The translations under genes were made by a program, and so were the position numbers. Of a stretch of DNA of 64,000 nt, positions 60,599 through 64,000 are shown piece by piece. The notes below the pieces were generated by a model, which worked only from the letters and a program-made list of their open reading frames with translations, ran no database searches and was not told the DNA's origin. This DNA is from Barthelona sp. PCE. Lineage: Eukaryota. The stretch is taken from positions 558,001-622,000 of the forward strand of contig JAUFOR010000006.1 of NCBI GenBank assembly GCA_040285745.1, read 5' to 3'. Position 1 is the first letter of the stretch. Each line of letters begins with the position of its first letter.

Positions 60599-62239
60599 CT
60601 ATTCACAAGGAATCATCTTTCCCCTCATTTCAGGTGTTACAGGAGTTTCCTCACGGTCCCTTTCATCATCGGCATTGGCTGTAGTAGCCCTGGTTCTGGA
60701 TATGAGCTCATTACGGACCTTCATAGATGTGTTATGTTGGACGCAGAGCCATAACATATTCTCTTCATGTTCTGCGGTGCTATATAATGGTGCAAGGTAT
60801 GGTTCACCAGTGATGAACGGGTGCTTCAACATCTCAGTTGCAGAGGCACGCTCTTCTGGTTTCAAACGTAAACAACGTTCCAGGAAGTCAATAAAAACGG
60901 CACGTTCGTATTTGATCCATTCCAGTTCTTCACTGTCAGCTTTATGCGGGTTAGGACGACCTGTGTAACGCAATGTTTCCTCGGGAAGTTGTAGAATTGG
61001 ATAATTATGAATGGTATCTGGAAGATAACGATACTTGAAGTAACGGCGACTGGGGGGTGTGGGAGGGTTAGCCACTTGCCATTCACTTTCAGATTTAATT
61101 GCCAGGTTGTCTGCTGGATTTCCAGGACGACGTGCTCGATACTCATACCCGCAATAACTCTTTCTCAGCACAACTCTTGATCTTGTGATACGGCTGTCAT
61201 CCACCTTAAAATACTTCTTTTCGTTCTTTGCACCAATCACCATATCAGCGTGTGGCATACCTCTCATTTCAACGATACGTGAAATCTGGTTGTACTCAGA
61301 AACACCAGGGAAGATCGGTAGGCCCAGGAAAAGCTCAGCTGCCACACAACCTAAGGACCACATATCAATCTTTGTGGAGTAAGAACAACCACAGATGATC
61401 TCTGGAGAACGGTAAAACCTACTCTGGAGGTAGCTGAAGATCTTCTTATGTCCATAACAACTGCTACCGAAATCAATTACCGTTACGTTCGTTTCTAAAT
61501 TATGAATATTGGTTGCTAAAATATTTTCTGGTTTTAGGTCTGAATGAATGATATCATTTTGTTCCAGTATACTGAGTGTGGTGAGGATATTCTTAACAAT
61601 GTTACTACAGGTCTTCAAAGGATAACCACAGAAATGATTAAAATGAATTAATTCATATAAATTCAGTCCTAACATATCGGTTACAATAAATAAATGGTTC
61701 TGGAAGTCGAAAAACTCAAGAATCCTCAGTGCATTATAGTCCTTTTGTACCCTCAGGTTCTTAAGAATCTCAATTTCTACTTTGGCTTGTTTAAAATAGG
61801 CTCTTTTGTTCTTGATCACCTTGACAGCGTACATCTTGCTGGTTAAGTTGCTCTTGCACTTGAACACCTGGCCAAATGTACCAGAACCTAATGAATCAAC
61901 TACAGTGTATTGACTTCCTGTGGCACTTAAGAATACATCTCCAACAAAGACAATCAAGTCGCCATTCTTGTTGTCAAAGCCGTTATTCGAGTATGCCTTA
62001 CCTGGAACAGTTAAACGCCTCCTAGGACAACAACTTCTATTCCAAGCATACTCAGAATTGCATGATTTCAGCATATTTAAGAATCCTGTTGTTAGGTTCT
62101 TGATCTTGTGCCCGTCTGTACCAAAAGAATCAACGGATTTAGGATCGAACGATGAAGTTTCTAGAAAAGAAAACGCTGACTCATATTCGTTGTAGCTCAG
62201 CTGTCCTGGCTCACAAAACGTGGACGAAACAGACTGCAT
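60599..62239 (-). CDS. YAK1: Yak1/DYRK-family dual-specificity kinase
   Basis: RLTVP....SNNGFDNKNGDLI..V.D, LGSGTFGQV.KC, AVKVIKNKRAYFKQ, HSDLKPEN, YLQSRFYRSPE and ELFLGLPIFPG.SEYNQ motifs. Confidence 0.93.
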   Translation of the reverse strand: MQSVSSTFCEPGQLSYNEYESAFSFLETSSFDPKSVDSFGTDGHKIKNLTTGFLNMLKSCNSEYAWNRSCCPRRRLTVPGKAYSNNGFDNKNGDLIVFVGDVFLSATGSQYTVVDSLGSGTFGQVFKCKSNLTSKMYAVKVIKNKRAYFKQAKVEIEILKNLRVQKDYNALRILEFFDFQNHLFIVTDMLGLNLYELIHFNHFCGYPLKTCSNIVKNILTTLSILEQNDIIHSDLKPENILATNIHNLETNVTVIDFGSSCYGHKKIFSYLQSRFYRSPEIICGCSYSTKIDMWSLGCVAAELFLGLPIFPGVSEYNQISRIVEMRGMPHADMVIGAKNEKKYFKVDDSRITRSRVVLRKSYCGYEYRARRPGNPADNLAIKSESEWQVANPPTPPSRRYFKYRYLPDTIHNYPILQLPEETLRYTGRPNPHKADSEELEWIKYERAVFIDFLERCLRLKPEERASATEMLKHPFITGEPYLAPLYSTAEHEENMLWLCVQHNTSMKVRNELISRTRATTANADDERDREETPVTPEMRGKMIPCE

Positions 62240-62656
62240 CGGACCTAATTACAAATGTACAGGTCGGAAACGGAGAGAAAAAAGAAAAACGATGCTTTAG
62301 CAGTTAAAAGTGTACTATAATTAATATTCAGGGCTTTTTTGGGCACGTGCACCATGCTACATCAGCAATTTTTATCGTATGATATGGAGTGGCCTCTTTT
62401 AGCATTTCTTTTTTGTGTACAATTTTTCACAAAGTATATACCCTTGGCAGGTGTTTACAGGTACAACATTCCACAATCACTGGATATAATGTGCTCAATA
62501 TGTGAATACACAATGTATCCTCTATTCTTATGTGTAGTGAGTATTATTATAACATTATGTACCACACAGGGCTTTTTATGAATATATCACATCAGTTGAC
62601 CGAATAAAATTCCTAAAAGAAGTGTTTTCGATTATTTTTTTCCTTCCATTAGAAGA

Positions 62657-63928
62657 ATGGATGACTTCATAAATTCATACCTGACGTCGGAACCGAGAAA
62701 CGAGTCAGCATTTGCTGAAGAATCGGATCTAGAACGAGCAGCGCACTACATCAATGGGAGTTTGAAAATTTATCACATCAGTCCTTTGAATTTTTGTAAT
62801 CCTGATGGAAAGGACTGCACAAAGATAGTGAACGCGTTCTATTCGATATTGGAACGCATGGGAAATAGTGAAGAACGAGTTAAAGATCTTGAATCTAAGT
62901 TGGCTCGAAGCAAATCGAATTTTGATACCGTTAAACAGAAGCATGACGTCATTGCTGGGAAGCTGCAAACATCACGATCACAGATTAGTGAGAAAGATCA
63001 TGCCATCAGAAATCTGGAGCGAGATATGAAGAGCACTAATTCTTCTGTACATCGTGAAAATAAGAATCTACAAAAGTCCATCAATGAGCTGACATTCCAG
63101 TGTAAGAAATATAATAAGGAATTGAAAAGGAAAGAAATCGAAACGAACAGATTAAAGGAACGTATTCAAAGGATGAATGATAATTATTTAGACATTGATT
63201 TTGATTACAGACCAATCAGCAAGCGCCTCCCCGACCCGCAATCCAATCAACTGTATCAGACTTTGATTAGTAGTCACAAAAATAGATTCGACGACTTGGT
63301 TAACCAAACAGAGGTTCTAAGTACTTCATTAGGTATAGTTATTGAGCAAATGAACGGATTAGTCGCAGCATTTCCTCATGTTTTGTGTCAGTATGTTGAT
63401 ACATCACGTTTACCAGTTGAATTTATTGGTAATACATTTACTAATTTAATTAATGATTTAGAAAGAGTAGAAAAGGAGATAACAGAACTTCCAAGTCCTT
63501 CTTACCTTTTATCGCAGTTGAATGGTGAAGATGTACATAAACAATTTTTATATAGACATATTGAAATTTTAAGAGAACGTGTTGAAGAATCTGAAAAACT
63601 GTTAGATATGCAGAAACTTCAGTTTAGTAAGCAAATTGAAGTGTTTGGAGCCCAAAGACAACAAGATATTGTGACAGATGATATTGTTGCAGCTAAAATG
63701 GAAGAATTGCAAATTTTAAGAAATGAGTTAGAAGGACGTGAGAAATCTATGCAAGAACGTGAGAGGAGTTTTGAGATTGAAAGACAGATGTATATGTCCA
63801 CAATGGATTCGTTGACACCAAATAGAACTCCTGGTCGCCCTTTAAGGAGTGTTTTTGATGGGTTAAACTCGCCAACGGACTCCCCCATGAGGTTTGACTC
63901 ACCTTTAACAGCTAAAATAAAGAGATAA
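62657..63928 (+). CDS. Coiled-coil protein, ADIP/SSX2IP (Msd1)-like microtubule-anchoring protein
   Basis: YIN.SL......PL.F........IVN..Y.IL followed by a long coiled coil with Y.KELKRKE.E..RLKERI. Confidence 0.6.
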   Translation: MDDFINSYLTSEPRNESAFAEESDLERAAHYINGSLKIYHISPLNFCNPDGKDCTKIVNAFYSILERMGNSEERVKDLESKLARSKSNFDTVKQKHDVIAGKLQTSRSQISEKDHAIRNLERDMKSTNSSVHRENKNLQKSINELTFQCKKYNKELKRKEIETNRLKERIQRMNDNYLDIDFDYRPISKRLPDPQSNQLYQTLISSHKNRFDDLVNQTEVLSTSLGIVIEQMNGLVAAFPHVLCQYVDTSRLPVEFIGNTFTNLINDLERVEKEITELPSPSYLLSQLNGEDVHKQFLYRHIEILRERVEESEKLLDMQKLQFSKQIEVFGAQRQQDIVTDDIVAAKMEELQILRNELEGREKSMQERERSFEIERQMYMSTMDSLTPNRTPGRPLRSVFDGLNSPTDSPMRFDSPLTAKIKR

Positions 63929-64000
63929 TACTGTTTTCCAAAATTCCCATTTCCTTCGATTTGTTTTTTGTGATTGTGGTTATTTTTATTCCTTAGGACA

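Noticed and set aside
1-64000. Many short antisense or nested ORFs in the ORF track; tRNA, rRNA and snRNA genes
   Set aside because: The nested ORFs are shadows of recognised genes. No tRNA, rRNA or snRNA signature was recognised by eye, though divergent small RNAs could be missed.

Overview
This window is eukaryotic DNA, not prokaryotic. It comes from a very compact, intron-poor, AT-rich nuclear genome that uses the standard genetic code. There are about 43 tightly packed protein genes with short or overlapping 3' ends. Flagellar and basal-body genes (IFT54, a CLAMP/C1a-32-like gene, MAPK15, an SSX2IP-like gene) indicate a flagellate. Two spliceosomal introns have a branch-point A fixed 8 nt from the 3' end, and a bacterial-type Fe-S serine dehydratase is present. 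Together these suggest an anaerobic metamonad-like protist, which is an inference. Core eukaryotic genes include Spt6 (3' end), RRS1, GluRS, ALG8, CCT5, TTC27, PTH2, a Rab, TRAPPC11, BCP1, METTL3, TRIP4/Rqt4, PA28, an acyl-CoA synthetase, an M28 peptidase and Yak1. The notable items are: (1) a PH domain fused to a ComEC/Rec2-type metallo-beta-lactamase domain; (2) bacterial-type genes embedded among eukaryotic ones (SdaA serine dehydratase, XdhC molybdenum-cofactor chaperone, CyaB-like GAF-GAF-PAS-cyclase-TPR adenylyl cyclase); (3) a probable catalytically dead membrane cyclase-like protein; and (4) a ~4 kb hAT DNA transposon with degenerate TIRs, subterminal motifs and a transposase split by a single +1 frameshift. 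All family calls come from motif recognition by eye; no database searches were run.
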